Positions 22,712-33,075 of a DNA stretch of 64,000 bases are shown one piece after another. Location of the stretch: positions 588-64,587 of the forward strand of contig JAEMQZ010000002.1 in the NCBI GenBank assembly GCA_016463595.1, read 5' to 3'. The notes below the pieces were generated by a model. That model was not told the DNA's origin. It saw only the letters and a list, made by a program, of their open reading frames with translations, and ran no database searches. The position numbers and the translations under genes were made by a program. Positions within the stretch are counted from its first letter, which is position 1; each line of letters starts with the position of its first letter. This DNA is from Synechococcales cyanobacterium SupBloom_Metag_052 (GTDB lineage: Bacteria; Cyanobacteriota; Cyanobacteriia; PCC-6307; Cyanobiaceae).

Positions 22712-23200
22712 TCAAGCTCGCAGACCCTGATTAAAGAGGCTTGCGAGATCCTTGGCTACCACCTCGGGCACCATGTGATCGACCGCGCCTCCGAAGCGGG
22801 CCACCTCCTTCACCACCGAACTGCTCAGGAAGCTGTGGCGGGTGGCCGTGGCCAGGAACAGGGTTTCGATGCTGGGGGCCAAACTGCTGTTGGTGTGGGC
22901 GATCTGCAGCTCATATTCAAAATCGCTCATCGCCCGCAGGCCGCGCAGGATCACGGCAGCGCCGCATTGGCTGGCAAAAGTCACGGTGAGGCCATCGAAG
23001 CTGGCAACCTCCACCTGGCTCAGGTGGGCGGTAGCGCAGCGGATTTGATCCAGGCGCTGGTCGAGGTTAAAACTGGGCTGCTTGCCCGGGTTCTGCAGCA
23101 CCGCCACCACCAGGCCATCGAATAGGCGCGCAGCCCGTTCAATCAGGTCGAGGTGGCCAAGGGTGAGGGGATCAAAGCTCCCGGGGTAGAGGGCCTTCAT
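22712..23200 (-). CDS. coaD: Phosphopantetheine adenylyltransferase
   Basis: [20 protein letters not shown] from ATG 23200. The ORF opens further upstream at 23302. Confidence 0.9.
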   Translation of the reverse strand: MKALYPGSFDPLTLGHLDLIERAARLFDGLVVAVLQNPGKQPSFNLDQRLDQIRCATAHLSQVEVASFDGLTVTFASQCGAAVILRGLRAMSDFEYELQIAHTNSSLAPSIETLFLATATRHSFLSSSVVKEVARFGGAVDHMVPEVVAKDLASLFNQGLRA

Positions 23201-23357
23201 GGCAGGGGCTCCGTCCGGTTCAGCCGGCATGTCCGGGGATCGTAGGGATCGGGCTGCTGCCGGCCGCGGATGTCGATGGCCCGTCGGTCCGCCCTGGCCC
23301 AAGCCATGGGCGTCCCGGGCTCCTTCCTAGGGTTGGCTGATTCGCCCTCCTAGTGCC

Positions 23358-23846
23358 TTGAGCCCCTCCCTCAATACGGACGCCAAGAAGACCCTGCTGC
23401 GCAAGATCCCCCACGGGGTGTTCATCTGCGGCGTGGCCGAAGGCGAGGTGATCAATGGCTTCACAGCCAGCTGGGTCACCCAGGGGTCATTCGAGCCACC
23501 CCTAGTGGTGATGGCGGTGCGGGCCGATTCCACCAGCAATGGCATCATCCAGCGCACGGGCCGTTTTTCGCTCAACGTGCTCGCCGCTGATCAGAAGGAC
23601 CTGGCGGCCGTGTTCTTCAAGCCCCAGAAGGGGATTGGCGGCCGCTTTGATGCCGCCCCATACAGCCTCGGCGAGCTCGGTTTGCCCTTGCTCAGCGACG
23701 CCCTCGGCGGCGTCGAATGCGAACTGGTGGGCCAGGTGAACCATGGCGACCACACCGTGTTTGTGGGTGAAGTCAAAACCGCCCAACTCAACCGCGATGG
23801 CGTCGCCCTGGAGCTATCGGCCACTGGCTGGACCTACGGCGGTTGA
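23358..23846 (+). CDS. Flavin reductase-like domain protein
   Basis: Motifs [34 protein letters not shown] and [10 protein letters not shown], typical of the flavin reductase / DIM6-NTAB fold. TTG start as given in the track. Confidence 0.7.
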   Translation: MSPSLNTDAKKTLLRKIPHGVFICGVAEGEVINGFTASWVTQGSFEPPLVVMAVRADSTSNGIIQRTGRFSLNVLAADQKDLAAVFFKPQKGIGGRFDAAPYSLGELGLPLLSDALGGVECELVGQVNHGDHTVFVGEVKTAQLNRDGVALELSATGWTYGG

Positions 23847-26086
23847 GCCAGGCGCAGATGCTGGATGGGGCCGTCGTTCCAACCCTGTTAGGGGTTGAGG
23901 CAACAACGTTGCCGCGGAACCCAGCAGCCAAGGACCTGGGCACGGGCTCGGGACCCCTGGTGCTGAACCCGGAGCGGCTCAAGGCACGGCTCAAGGAGCT
24001 GCCGGCGGAGCCCGGCTGCTACATGATGCGCGATGGCGACGACCGTATTCTTTATATCGGTAAGGCCAAGGTGTTGCGCCAACGGGTGCGCAGCTACTTC
24101 CACAATTCCCCCGGCCACAGTCCGCGTATCAGCCTGATGGTGCGCCAGGTCTGCGACCTGGAATTCATCGTTACCGACAGCGAAGATGAAGCGCTCGCCC
24201 TAGAATCAAACCTGATCAAGCATCACCAGCCCCACTTTAATGTGCTGCTGAAGGATGACAAGAAGTATCCCTATGTTTGCATTACCTGGAGCGAAAACTA
24301 TCCGCGCATTTTTATCACTCGCCAGCGGCGTTTCCGCAAACCCCACGATCGCTTCTATGGCCCCTACGTGGATGTGGGCCAGTTGCGCCGCACCCTGGCC
24401 ATGGTTAAGCGGGTCTTCCCCCTGCGCCAGCGCCCCCAACCGCTCTACCGGGATCGCACCTGCCTCAATTTCGACATCGGCCGCTGCCCCGGGGTCTGCC
24501 AAGAAAAAATCAGCAGCGACGACTACCAGCAGATCCTGCGCAAGGTGGCGATGGTGTTCCAGGGGCGCAACGACGAATTGCTGACCCTGCTCACCGGCCA
24601 GATGGAGCGCTACGCCGAGCGGCTCGATTTCGAGGCCGCCGCCCGGGTGCGCGACCAATTGCAGGGGCTAGAGAGCCTCAGCGCCGAGCAGAAGATGAGC
24701 CTGGGCGATAGCTCCATCTCCCGCGATGTCTTGGCCCTGGCCGCCGACCGCCGCGTTGCCGCCGTGCAGCTGTTCCAGATGCGGGCCGGCAAGTTAGTGG
24801 GCCGGCTCGGCTTCACCGCCGATGCTGTTAAGGCATCCAGTGCCCTGGCCGAAGGGGAGCCTGGGCTGCCTATGCCAGCCGTTCCAGCGGACGCCATCTC
24901 CGTTGCCGAAGCCCCCGGGGAGCCCACCGACGAGCTTCCCGCCGATAGCGCCAGCCTGGGGCTGATCCTGCAGCGGGTGATCGAAGAGCACTACAGCCAG
25001 GTGGATCCGGTCGAGATTCCGCCCGAGTTGTTGCTCCAATACCCCCTGCCCCAGCAGCAGCTGATCGAGGACTGGCTCTCGGAGCGCCGCGGCCGCAAGG
25101 TGCGCCTGGCCGTGCCCCAGCGCCAGCAAAAGGCCGACTGGATCGAGCTGGTCGAGCGCAATGCCGGCTACGAGTTGCAGCGCACCCAGCGCACGGCCGA
25201 GCAACACCAGCTCGCCACTGAAGACCTGGCCCAGTTACTCGACCTAGCCAGCCCGCCGCGGCGGATCGAAGGCTTCGACATCAGCCACATCCAGGGCAGC
25301 GATGCGGTGGCCTCCCAGGTGGTCTTCATCGACGGCCTGCCGGCCAAGCAGCACTACCGCAAGTACCGGATCCAGAGCAGCAGCATTCGCTCCGGCCACT
25401 CCGACGACTTCATGGCCATGGCCGAAATCATGCGCCGCCGCTTTCGCCGCTGGGCCCAGGCCAAGGCCGAGGGGGCCGACCTGGCGGAGCTGGCCCGCCA
25501 GGCCAGTTCCACCCTGCATACGGGTGGCCTCAACGACTGGCCCGATGTGGTGATGATCGATGGCGGCAAGGGCCAGCTCTCGGCCGTGATGGAGGCCCTG
25601 CGGGAATTGAATCTGCATGAAGACCTGGTGGTCTGTTCCCTGGCCAAGCAGCGGGAGGAGGTGTTTCTGCCCGGGGCTAAGCAACCTCTCGACAGCGAGC
25701 CTGGCCAGCTAGGCATCGTGCTGCTGCGGCGCCTGCGCGATGAGGCCCATCGTTTTGCGATCAGTTTCCATCGCCAGCAACGGGGCGAACGCATGAAGCG
25801 CTCCCGCCTCAGCGACATCCCCGGCCTCGGGCCCAAGCGGGTCAAGGAGCTGCTGGCCCATTTCCGTTCGATCGACGCGATCCAGCTCGCTAGCGCTGAA
25901 GCGATCGCCAAGGCCCCGGGGGTAGGGCCGGCCTTAGCCCGCCAGATCTGGGAGTACTTCCACCCCAGCGACCTGGACGGCGATGGCCAACCTGCCATTG
26001 CAAATCCTGGCGAGCCCGTCCCGGCAGGTATTCCTTTAGGGGCCGATTCCCTGGCCACGGGTTCCCCCGGAGAGGGGGACGCTTGA
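23843..26086 (+). CDS. uvrC: Excinuclease ABC subunit C
   Basis: GIY-YIG motif [31 protein letters not shown] domain [16 protein letters not shown]-terminal HhH segment [22 protein letters not shown]. Confidence 0.92.
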   Translation: MSQAQMLDGAVVPTLLGVEATTLPRNPAAKDLGTGSGPLVLNPERLKARLKELPAEPGCYMMRDGDDRILYIGKAKVLRQRVRSYFHNSPGHSPRISLMVRQVCDLEFIVTDSEDEALALESNLIKHHQPHFNVLLKDDKKYPYVCITWSENYPRIFITRQRRFRKPHDRFYGPYVDVGQLRRTLAMVKRVFPLRQRPQPLYRDRTCLNFDIGRCPGVCQEKISSDDYQQILRKVAMVFQGRNDELLTLLTGQMERYAERLDFEAAARVRDQLQGLESLSAEQKMSLGDSSISRDVLALAADRRVAAVQLFQMRAGKLVGRLGFTADAVKASSALAEGEPGLPMPAVPADAISVAEAPGEPTDELPADSASLGLILQRVIEEHYSQVDPVEIPPELLLQYPLPQQQLIEDWLSERRGRKVRLAVPQRQQKADWIELVERNAGYELQRTQRTAEQHQLATEDLAQLLDLASPPRRIEGFDISHIQGSDAVASQVVFIDGLPAKQHYRKYRIQSSSIRSGHSDDFMAMAEIMRRRFRRWAQAKAEGADLAELARQASSTLHTGGLNDWPDVVMIDGGKGQLSAVMEALRELNLHEDLVVCSLAKQREEVFLPGAKQPLDSEPGQLGIVLLRRLRDEAHRFAISFHRQQRGERMKRSRLSDIPGLGPKRVKELLAHFRSIDAIQLASAEAIAKAPGVGPALARQIWEYFHPSDLDGDGQPAIANPGEPVPAGIPLGADSLATGSPGEGDA

Positions 26087-26388
26087 AATCCCTCATGGGC
26101 TTGTTGCTGGCCCTGGCATTGCTGCTCTCCCCTGGGCCCACCCAGGCCACACCTGGCCTTTGCGTGGGCCCGATCTGCGCTGATGAGATCAGTCGTAGCA
26201 GCCAGTTCTCCTGGCAACTGCGCTTGCGGCTCAGCGACCAGCGGGCCCACCGGGAACGGGTGGTGGTCGACTGCCGCGATGGCGGCATCAGCCCCCTGGC
26301 CGGGCCGGTGGAGCGGGGCTTTGCCGGGGCCGTGGTGCGTCGCGCCTGCCGGCTGGCGGCGGGGCCTGGCGCGGTGCCGGCCGCCTAA
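26083..26388 (+). CDS. Small secreted Cys-containing hypothetical protein
   Basis: Signal peptide [22 protein letters not shown] and four Cys. It overlaps the uvrC stop by 4 nt. No family recognised. Confidence 0.4.
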   Translation: MKSLMGLLLALALLLSPGPTQATPGLCVGPICADEISRSSQFSWQLRLRLSDQRAHRERVVVDCRDGGISPLAGPVERGFAGAVVRRACRLAAGPGAVPAA

Positions 26389-26417
26389 TTTGGGATCACC
26401 TTGCGGCACTCGCCTCG

Positions 26418-26999
26418 ATGACCCTGCCACCTGAGGCCTACCTCTGGTTCAAAACCCTCCACATCGTGGGGGTGGTGGTGTGGTTTGCCGGGCTGTTTTA
26501 TTTGGTGCGGTTGTTCATCTACCACGCTGAAGCTGCCGAGTTGGAACCACCCCTGCGGGAGGCCTTCGAGCAGCAATACGGCCTGATGGAGCGGCGTTTG
26601 GCCAACATCATCACCACCCCTGGTCTGCTGCTCACGGTGTCCATGGCCATCGGGTTGCTCGTGGCCCAACCTGCCTGGCTGCACCAGGGCTGGATGCACG
26701 CCAAGCTTGGCTTTGTGGTGGCCTTGCTGGCCTATCACCTTTTCTGCTACCGGCTGATGGGCCAACTGCAGGCCGGAATCTGCCGCTGGGGTCCCAAGCA
26801 ATTGCGGGCCCTCAATGAACTGCCCACCTTGTTGCTGGTGGTGGTGGTGATGCTGGTGGTGTTCAAGGCCCAATTCCCCACGGGGGCTGCCACCTGGCTG
26901 CAGGTGGGACTGGTGCTGTTCATGGCGGCGTCGATTCAGTTCTATGCCCGCTGGCGCCGACTGCGTGAAGAGGCTGGAGCCCAGGGGGCTGGTGGCTGA
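26418..26999 (+). CDS. hemJ: Protoporphyrinogen IX oxidase HemJ
   Basis: YLWFKTLHIVGVVVWFAGLFYLVRLFIYHAEA and the rest align closely with my recollection of Synechocystis Slr1790. Confidence 0.88.
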   Translation: MTLPPEAYLWFKTLHIVGVVVWFAGLFYLVRLFIYHAEAAELEPPLREAFEQQYGLMERRLANIITTPGLLLTVSMAIGLLVAQPAWLHQGWMHAKLGFVVALLAYHLFCYRLMGQLQAGICRWGPKQLRALNELPTLLLVVVVMLVVFKAQFPTGAATWLQVGLVLFMAASIQFYARWRRLREEAGAQGAGG

Positions 27000-27654
27000 G
27001 ATCACCCCAGCCCTTTCCCTGGTGCAGGTGCTCGAGGGTGTCCATGGCGGCAGCTGCCCTGGGGAGCTGAATTTCCACTGCCACACCCTCCATTCCGACG
27101 GCAGCCTGCGGCCAGAGGATCTGGCCAGCCAGGCCGTCAGCTTGGGCTTGCGCCACTTGGCCATCACCGACCACCACAGCACCGCGGCCCTGGCGCCCGC
27201 CCAGCGAACCCTGGAGCACCTGGCCCAGCAGGGCAGGACCGTGCCCCGGCTGTGGAGTGGCATCGAAATCAGCTGCCTGCTGGAGGGCTGCCTGGTGCAT
27301 GTGCTGGGCCTCGATTTCGATGGTCAAGCCAGCGCCTTAGAGCCCTATCGCCAAGGTCAGGCGCCCGTTGGTCAGGTCCTTAGGGCTGAGGAAGTGGTGA
27401 AACGGATCCATGGCGCCGGGGGCTTGGCCGTGCTGGCCCATCCGGCCCGTTACCGCAAACCCTTTGGTCCCTTAATCGATGCGGCGGCAGCCCTGGGCTT
27501 CGATGGGGCCGAGGCCTACTACGACTACGCCATGGCACCCCACTGGCAGCCAACCCCGTTGGTCTGTGACGCAATCGCCAGCCAGTTGGAAAAGTTGGGA
27601 CTTTTGCGTAGTTGCGGCACCGATAGCCACGGTCTGGCCCTGCACGGCCGCTAG
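26992..27654 (+). CDS. PHP-domain metal-dependent phosphoesterase
   Basis: Motifs NFHCHTLHSDGS, ITDHH and GTDSHG. GTG 26992 overlaps the hemJ stop (GTGGCTGA). Confidence 0.75.
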   Translation: MAEITPALSLVQVLEGVHGGSCPGELNFHCHTLHSDGSLRPEDLASQAVSLGLRHLAITDHHSTAALAPAQRTLEHLAQQGRTVPRLWSGIEISCLLEGCLVHVLGLDFDGQASALEPYRQGQAPVGQVLRAEEVVKRIHGAGGLAVLAHPARYRKPFGPLIDAAAALGFDGAEAYYDYAMAPHWQPTPLVCDAIASQLEKLGLLRSCGTDSHGLALHGR

Positions 27655-27683
27655 GGTTTGAACATAATTTCTGATGCTCGCCG

Positions 27684-28208
27684 ATGGGACTGCTCGATCG
27701 TCTGCTGGGTACGAAGTCCGTTAAGTCAGCGACTGACGCTGTGAAGCCCGCTGCTAAGGCCCAAGAGGCGAAGTTCTTGGATGCCGACGAGTCCAGCTCC
27801 CTGGGCAATGTCGATTTCATGCGCCGCCCCTATGAGATCCGTCGCACCTTCCCGGGCAGTGCCGATAACCCGGGCCTGAAGGAACGGATCGATGTGGTGG
27901 CTTCGATGGAAGCCCGGGTTGAAAAGCTCACCGATGGCATGCCCGGCACTGAAGCCAAGGATTCCAGTGTTGACCTCACGGGCGGCATCCCTAAGGCGGT
28001 TAAGAAAACCTTTGCCCAGACCATGACGGCCGATGAATTGAGCCAGCGTCTCAAGGGTTCGGCCGTTGGTGGCGTCAATGTGGCGGGCGCGGCCGGCACC
28101 GGGCGTAAGGCCAGCTCCGATGCTGACCAGCCTGACACCACCCCTCAAGGCAACCGCCCCGGCACAATCGATGGCTTCAAGGGCATGGCCAAGGAGATCA
28201 CGGGCTGA
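27684..28208 (+). CDS. Hypothetical, probably disordered K/A/G/D-rich protein
   Basis: 174-aa ORF in a clean intergenic slot. It uses many T-ending codons (gat, gct, cgt, ggt), unlike the spurious GC-frame ORFs. No family recognised. Confidence 0.5.
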   Translation: MGLLDRLLGTKSVKSATDAVKPAAKAQEAKFLDADESSSLGNVDFMRRPYEIRRTFPGSADNPGLKERIDVVASMEARVEKLTDGMPGTEAKDSSVDLTGGIPKAVKKTFAQTMTADELSQRLKGSAVGGVNVAGAAGTGRKASSDADQPDTTPQGNRPGTIDGFKGMAKEITG

Positions 28209-28254
28209 GGCCGGCTGTTGGCTTGACCCCTGGTCCCTTGGCCCTGGTGGAGTC

Positions 28255-31200
28255 CTAGCCCTCCACCAGGGCTTCTGTCTGGAGGACTAGGTCGCGCAGG
28301 TGCTCCAACTGGCTGGCCAGGGCGCCTTGCCACAGGCCGCGGTGGTGGGATTCCAGTAGCCGCTCGGCCATGTCCCGCAATGCCCAGGGATTGGCGCGGC
28401 GTAGGAAGTCCAGGGTCTCGGTGTTGCCCAGCCAGTCCTCGCAGATCGCGCCGTAGCTCCAATCGGGCACCCGGCCGGTGCTGGCGTCGTAGGCGAAGAG
28501 GTAGTCGAGGCTGGCGGCCAGTTCAAAGCCGCCCTTGTAGCCATGGGCCCGCATCCCCTCGATCCAGCGGGGATTGAGTAGGCGTGAGCGCAGCACCTTG
28601 TCCAGTTCCTTCTCGAGTCGGTGTACCCGGGGCCGTTGCTGGCGGGAATGGTCGGCAAACCAGAGGGCTGGTGCCTTGCCTTGCAGCCGTTCCGCCGCCG
28701 CACTGAGGCCCCCCTGGAACTGGTAATAGTCGTCGGAATCGAGCAGGTCGTGTTCCCGGTTGTCCTGGTTGTGCAGCACCACCTGCACGGCGGCCAGGCG
28801 CTGCTCCAGGCCAGAGCGATCGGCCACGGCCAGGCCGCTGCCCTCGTAGCGCCAGCCGCTCCAGGCCAGAAAGGCCTCGGCCAGGTCACCCCGTTCCTCC
28901 CAAATGCCGCTGTCAATAAGGCCCTGCAGGCCAGCGCCGTAGGCCCCAGGCGCCGAACCAAACACCCGGCCGCTCTGGCCGCCCTCCCGCCGGGCGGCGG
29001 CGGCGAGGGGATTATCCGGTTCGGCTTCGTCCAAGGCCGCCACCATCGATGTAGCCCGGTTGAACCAGGCCACCAACTGGGGGAAGGCATCGCGAAAGAG
29101 GCCCGAAATGCGCAGGGTCACATCGACCCGGGGCCGCCCCAGGCTGGCGAGGGGAATGACCTCAAGATCGACCATGCGTCGGGTTGGACCATCCCAGATT
29201 GGCCGGATCCCCAGCAGGGCCAGGGCCTGGCCGATGTCCTCACCGCCATTGCGCATCGTCGCCGTGCCCCACACCGATAGGGCCAGCTGGCGTAGGGGTT
29301 CGCCTTGCTCTTGGAGGACAAGATCCACCAGCAGCTCAGCGCTGCGGCGGCCCAGGTCCCAGGCGGTTTCGGTGGGTAGGCCCCTCAAATCAACGCTGTA
29401 GAAATTTCGGCCGGTGGGCAGCAGGTCGGGCCGGCCCCGGGTAGGGGCTCCCGAAGGGCCAGCGGCGATGCGTCCTCCGGCGACGCCCGTGAGAAAGGCT
29501 TGGCGTTCGGCCATGCCGCAGCGCAGCAAATTGGGCAGCAGCGATCGGGCTACCCGCGCCATCACGGAGGCTGTGGCAGGCCCGGGAGTGGGGGCGTTGG
29601 TTTGCCCCGCTGTTCCCTGGGCCTGGCTTAGCAACCCCGCCATCAGCGCCAGGGCCTGCTCTTCCAGCCAGGCCACGCCATCGCCCCCATGGCGGGCGCT
29701 GGCCAGACCTAGGGCCTCGAGGCGCCCACGATCAGCGGCTGCCATGGGCGCTTCTTCCGGATCCGCCCAAGGATCCAGCTCCAGGCCCAGATCCAGGGCC
29801 AGGGCCTGGGTTAAACCCGGACCTTCGGCCAGGGGCGCGCGGGCCAGACAAAGCAGCAATTCGGCGAGGGGAGCGGCCTCGGGGAGTTGGCCGAACACAT
29901 GCAGTCCCGTGCGGATTTGGGCCTCCTTCAGCTCGCAGAGATAGCCATCGGCGGCCTGGAGTCGTTGGAGCCTGTCCTCGTCGCTGCTGGCAGCTCTTTT
30001 AAGCGGGGTAGGGCCCGTGGGGTCACCAGTCGATTGCGGGCCCAAGTTGAGCTGGCTAAGGCGATCAAGCACCTGCTCCTGCAACTGACCCGACCGTTTC
30101 GCCCCCAGTTCGTTGGCCTGCCAGTACTCATCGAGTAGCGCCTCCAGCTCCAATAGGGGGCCATACAGGCCAGCCCGGCCGAGGGGCGGGGTGAGGTGGT
30201 CAAGGATCACCGCCTGGCTGCGGCGCTTGGCCTGGGATCCCTCCCCCGGATCGTTGACGATGAAGGGATAGAGGTGGGGCATCGGCCCCAGGGCCCACTC
30301 CGGGAAGCAACTCGACGACAGGCCCAGACCCTTACCGGGCAACCATTCCAGGTTGCCGTGCTTGCCCACATGGCAGATCACCTGCACCTGGGCCACCTGG
30401 CGAAGCCACAGATAGCGGGCCAGGTAGGCGTGGGGGGGCGGTAGGTCGGGGCAGTGGTAGTTGAGGCTGGGATCCCGGTCGTAGCCCCGCTCCGGTTGGA
30501 TGATTAGCCACACGTGGCCGAACTGGAGACCGGCCACGGGGAAGCCCTGGGCCGCCAGGCTGGGATCTGTCTCCGGCGGACCCCAGCGTTGTTCGAGCCG
30601 TTCGCGTCCCTCCTGGGGAAGGGTGGCGTACCAACTCTGGTAGACGGCCAGGGGCAGGTGGGCCAGGGGGGGGCGGTGCTGGCTTTCCGGGTCGTTGGTC
30701 TGGCCTTGGAGGAGTTGCTGGATCAGGGCATCGCCATCGGCTGGGAGGGCTTGATCGCCGAGCCCATAGCCGGCATCGGCCAACCAGTGCAGCAAATTGG
30801 CGGCGCTGGCAGGCGTATCCAGGCCCACCCCATTGGCCAGGCGGCTGTTGCGGGTCGGATAGTTGGCCAGCACCAGGGCAATTCGGCGCTCGCAGGCGGG
30901 GCTGCGGCGTAGGTCGCACCAGCGGGCTACCAGCTGGCTGACCCAATCAAGCCGTTCCGGCTCTGGCCGGCTTTGGTGCAGGGCCGTGGCCAACCCAGCA
31001 TCGGCGCCGCTGATCTCCTTGAAGGCACCAACCCGGGTGGTGATGCGGCCATCCAATTCGGGTAAGGCCACCTGCAGGCTGAGATCGAGGGGCCCCAGGC
31101 CGATGGCGCTGTCCGCCCAGGTCTCGCGGCTTTGGCTGCTGCAGAGCAGCTGGAACACCGGCACATCCAGGCGCTCCCATAGGGGCGCCCCCAGGCCGGC

Positions 31201-31992
31201 CTCCTCAAACTGCACCGAAGCAAAGGAGGTGGTGCAGATCACCGCCTCCACGGCCTCGCGGCCCAACAGGTCGGCCACGCCCCGTTGCACGGCCTGATCG
31301 CGCAGACCACTCACCCACAGGGCCCGGGGCGCAAGCCCCTGTTGGCGCAGGCTGGCCAGCAGGGCCCCCACCAACTCCAGATCACCGGCCTGGAGCAAGG
31401 CGCGGTAAAGCACCACCCCCACCCGGGCACCAGGCTCGAGGCGCCAGTCATGGGGCAGGGGGTCAGCCTGGGGGATGGCCCTGGGGGGCTCTACGGCCTG
31501 GCCAGCCAGGAGTTGGTCCAGGCAGCCCAGCACCATCGCCAGGTTGCCGGGGCCGCCCTCCCGCAGGCAGTGGCCGATGGCCAGGGTCAACTGGGGATCG
31601 GCCGTGCCAAGGGCGGCCAGGGTTTCGGCCTCGTCTTCGGTGCCGGCCACCACCAAGAGATGGCGCCCAGGCCGGGAAGCCCAGGCCCCCAGTTGTTCGA
31701 GGCCATAGCTCCAGTGGCCCCGGCCCCCCAGCAGCCGCACCAGCACAAGGCGCGTCTCAGCCAGGCTGGTGCGGATGTAATGGTCGATCACGGCCGGGTG
31801 GGCCAGGGCCTGGAGATTCAGGCCCCGAACCGCACCGGCGACGAGTTGGGGCTGGTCAGCCAGCAGGGAGGCCAGGCCGGCCAGGTCGCTATCGGCGCTG
31901 CTGAGCAGCACGACGGGAGCCCCGGGCTGCTCCACGTAAACGGGCCCCTCCTGGGGGCTGGTGCTGCCGGGAACCGCCGCTAACCGATGCAT
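28255..31992 (-). CDS. cobN: Cobaltochelatase subunit CobN
   Basis: 1245-aa ORF with CobN/Mg-chelatase H family organisation along its whole length (for example GRNFYSVDLRGLPT). Confidence 0.9.
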   Translation of the reverse strand: MHRLAAVPGSTSPQEGPVYVEQPGAPVVLLSSADSDLAGLASLLADQPQLVAGAVRGLNLQALAHPAVIDHYIRTSLAETRLVLVRLLGGRGHWSYGLEQLGAWASRPGRHLLVVAGTEDEAETLAALGTADPQLTLAIGHCLREGGPGNLAMVLGCLDQLLAGQAVEPPRAIPQADPLPHDWRLEPGARVGVVLYRALLQAGDLELVGALLASLRQQGLAPRALWVSGLRDQAVQRGVADLLGREAVEAVICTTSFASVQFEEAGLGAPLWERLDVPVFQLLCSSQSRETWADSAIGLGPLDLSLQVALPELDGRITTRVGAFKEISGADAGLATALHQSRPEPERLDWVSQLVARWCDLRRSPACERRIALVLANYPTRNSRLANGVGLDTPASAANLLHWLADAGYGLGDQALPADGDALIQQLLQGQTNDPESQHRPPLAHLPLAVYQSWYATLPQEGRERLEQRWGPPETDPSLAAQGFPVAGLQFGHVWLIIQPERGYDRDPSLNYHCPDLPPPHAYLARYLWLRQVAQVQVICHVGKHGNLEWLPGKGLGLSSSCFPEWALGPMPHLYPFIVNDPGEGSQAKRRSQAVILDHLTPPLGRAGLYGPLLELEALLDEYWQANELGAKRSGQLQEQVLDRLSQLNLGPQSTGDPTGPTPLKRAASSDEDRLQRLQAADGYLCELKEAQIRTGLHVFGQLPEAAPLAELLLCLARAPLAEGPGLTQALALDLGLELDPWADPEEAPMAAADRGRLEALGLASARHGGDGVAWLEEQALALMAGLLSQAQGTAGQTNAPTPGPATASVMARVARSLLPNLLRCGMAERQAFLTGVAGGRIAAGPSGAPTRGRPDLLPTGRNFYSVDLRGLPTETAWDLGRRSAELLVDLVLQEQGEPLRQLALSVWGTATMRNGGEDIGQALALLGIRPIWDGPTRRMVDLEVIPLASLGRPRVDVTLRISGLFRDAFPQLVAWFNRATSMVAALDEAEPDNPLAAAARREGGQSGRVFGSAPGAYGAGLQGLIDSGIWEERGDLAEAFLAWSGWRYEGSGLAVADRSGLEQRLAAVQVVLHNQDNREHDLLDSDDYYQFQGGLSAAAERLQGKAPALWFADHSRQQRPRVHRLEKELDKVLRSRLLNPRWIEGMRAHGYKGGFELAASLDYLFAYDASTGRVPDWSYGAICEDWLGNTETLDFLRRANPWALRDMAERLLESHHRGLWQGALASQLEHLRDLVLQTEALVEG

Positions 31993-32157
31993 GGCGCCAT
32001 CCTGGGACCTGAGAGGCGAGTTCTGGCTTGCCTAGGCCTGACGCAATCCTCGCCGCTTGGGGCAGCTGGTTCCCGCACTGGGCGGTGAGAAGATGCCCAC
32101 ACCCTTTGGGCCCCCGGCCATTCGGCCTGCGGCGCACGCAACCCCGATTCCGATCCC

Positions 32158-33075
32158 ATGCATCAATTCCTTCCCTATGCCTGGTTCGGTGGGCGTTGTG
32201 TTCCCTTCGCCGAAGCCACGATCTCCGTTGCCACCCATGCGCTGCACTACGGCACCGGTGCCTTCGGTGGCATGCGCGCCCTGCCGAATCCCAGCGATCC
32301 GGGCGAAATCCTGCTGTTTCGGGCTGATCGCCACGCCCGGCGCCTGAGCCAGAGCGCCCGGCTGCTGCTCACCGAGCTCGCCGAAGACACAATCATGGAC
32401 GGGATCGTGCAGATCCTGCGGGCCAATCGCCCCAGCACCCCTGTGTATCTACGCCCATTTGTTTACACCAGCGACCTGGGTATCGCCCCGAGGCTCCATG
32501 ACATCGAGACCGATTTTCTGATCTATGGCATCGAACTCGGCGACTACCTTTCCCCCGATGGCGTCAGTTGCCGCATCAGTTCCTGGACTCGCCAGGAAGA
32601 CCGCTCCCTGCCCCTGCGCGGCAAGATCAGTGGCGCCTACATCACCAGCTCCCTGGCCAAGACGGAAGCGGTTAAGAGTGGCTTTGATGAGGCCTTACTG
32701 CTCAATAGCCGCGGCAAGGTCAGCGAAGCCAGTGGCATGAACCTTTTCATCGTGCGCGATGGCGTGCTGATCACCCCGGGGGTCGATCAGGACATCCTCG
32801 AGGGCATCACCCGGGCCAGCGTGCTCGAGATTGCCCAGGCCATGGGCATTCCGACCCTGGAGCGCCCAGTGGATAAAACCGAACTCTTCGTGGCAGATGA
32901 GGTGTTTCTAAGCGGCACCGCTGCCCGTGTTACGCCCGTGCGCCGGGTTGAAAATACCGACATGCCGAGCCAGCGACCCATGATGGAGGCGATTCGCGAT
33001 CGACTCACGGCGATCACCGAAGGCCGCGATCCGTCCTACGACCACTGGGTCACCCGCGTGCGGCTGGACGGCTGA
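32158..33075 (+). CDS. ilvE: Branched-chain amino acid aminotransferase
   Basis: Class IV aminotransferase motifs [13 protein letters not shown] and [10 protein letters not shown]. Its stop overlaps the metH ATG by 1 nt (TGATG). Confidence 0.9.
   Translation: MHQFLPYAWFGGRCVPFAEATISVATHALHYGTGAFGGMRALPNPSDPGEILLFRADRHARRLSQSARLLLTELAEDTIMDGIVQILRANRPSTPVYLRPFVYTSDLGIAPRLHDIETDFLIYGIELGDYLSPDGVSCRISSWTRQEDRSLPLRGKISGAYITSSLAKTEAVKSGFDEALLLNSRGKVSEASGMNLFIVRDGVLITPGVDQDILEGITRASVLEIAQAMGIPTLERPVDKTELFVADEVFLSGTAARVTPVRRVENTDMPSQRPMMEAIRDRLTAITEGRDPSYDHWVTRVRLDG

Noticed and set aside
25354-26430. Very long alternative-frame or antisense ORFs. Examples are 25354..26430(-), 41029..42006(-), 37549..38439(-), 62285..63160(-), 26385..27263(-), 443..1294(-), 40578..41552(-) and 35757..36500(-).
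   Set aside because: Each lies opposite or out of frame with a gene whose product has clear family motifs. Their translations are R/G/P/A-rich low-complexity strings. Stop-poor alternative frames are expected in DNA of about 65% GC.
31993-32157. A cobalamin riboswitch in the cobN/ilvE divergent spacer.
   Set aside because: Fragments resembling B12-box pieces (CCCGCACTG, GGTGAGAAGAT) occur on the plus strand. They are in the wrong order and on the wrong strand for cobN, and the gene downstream on that strand is ilvE. The spacer is also short for the full aptamer.
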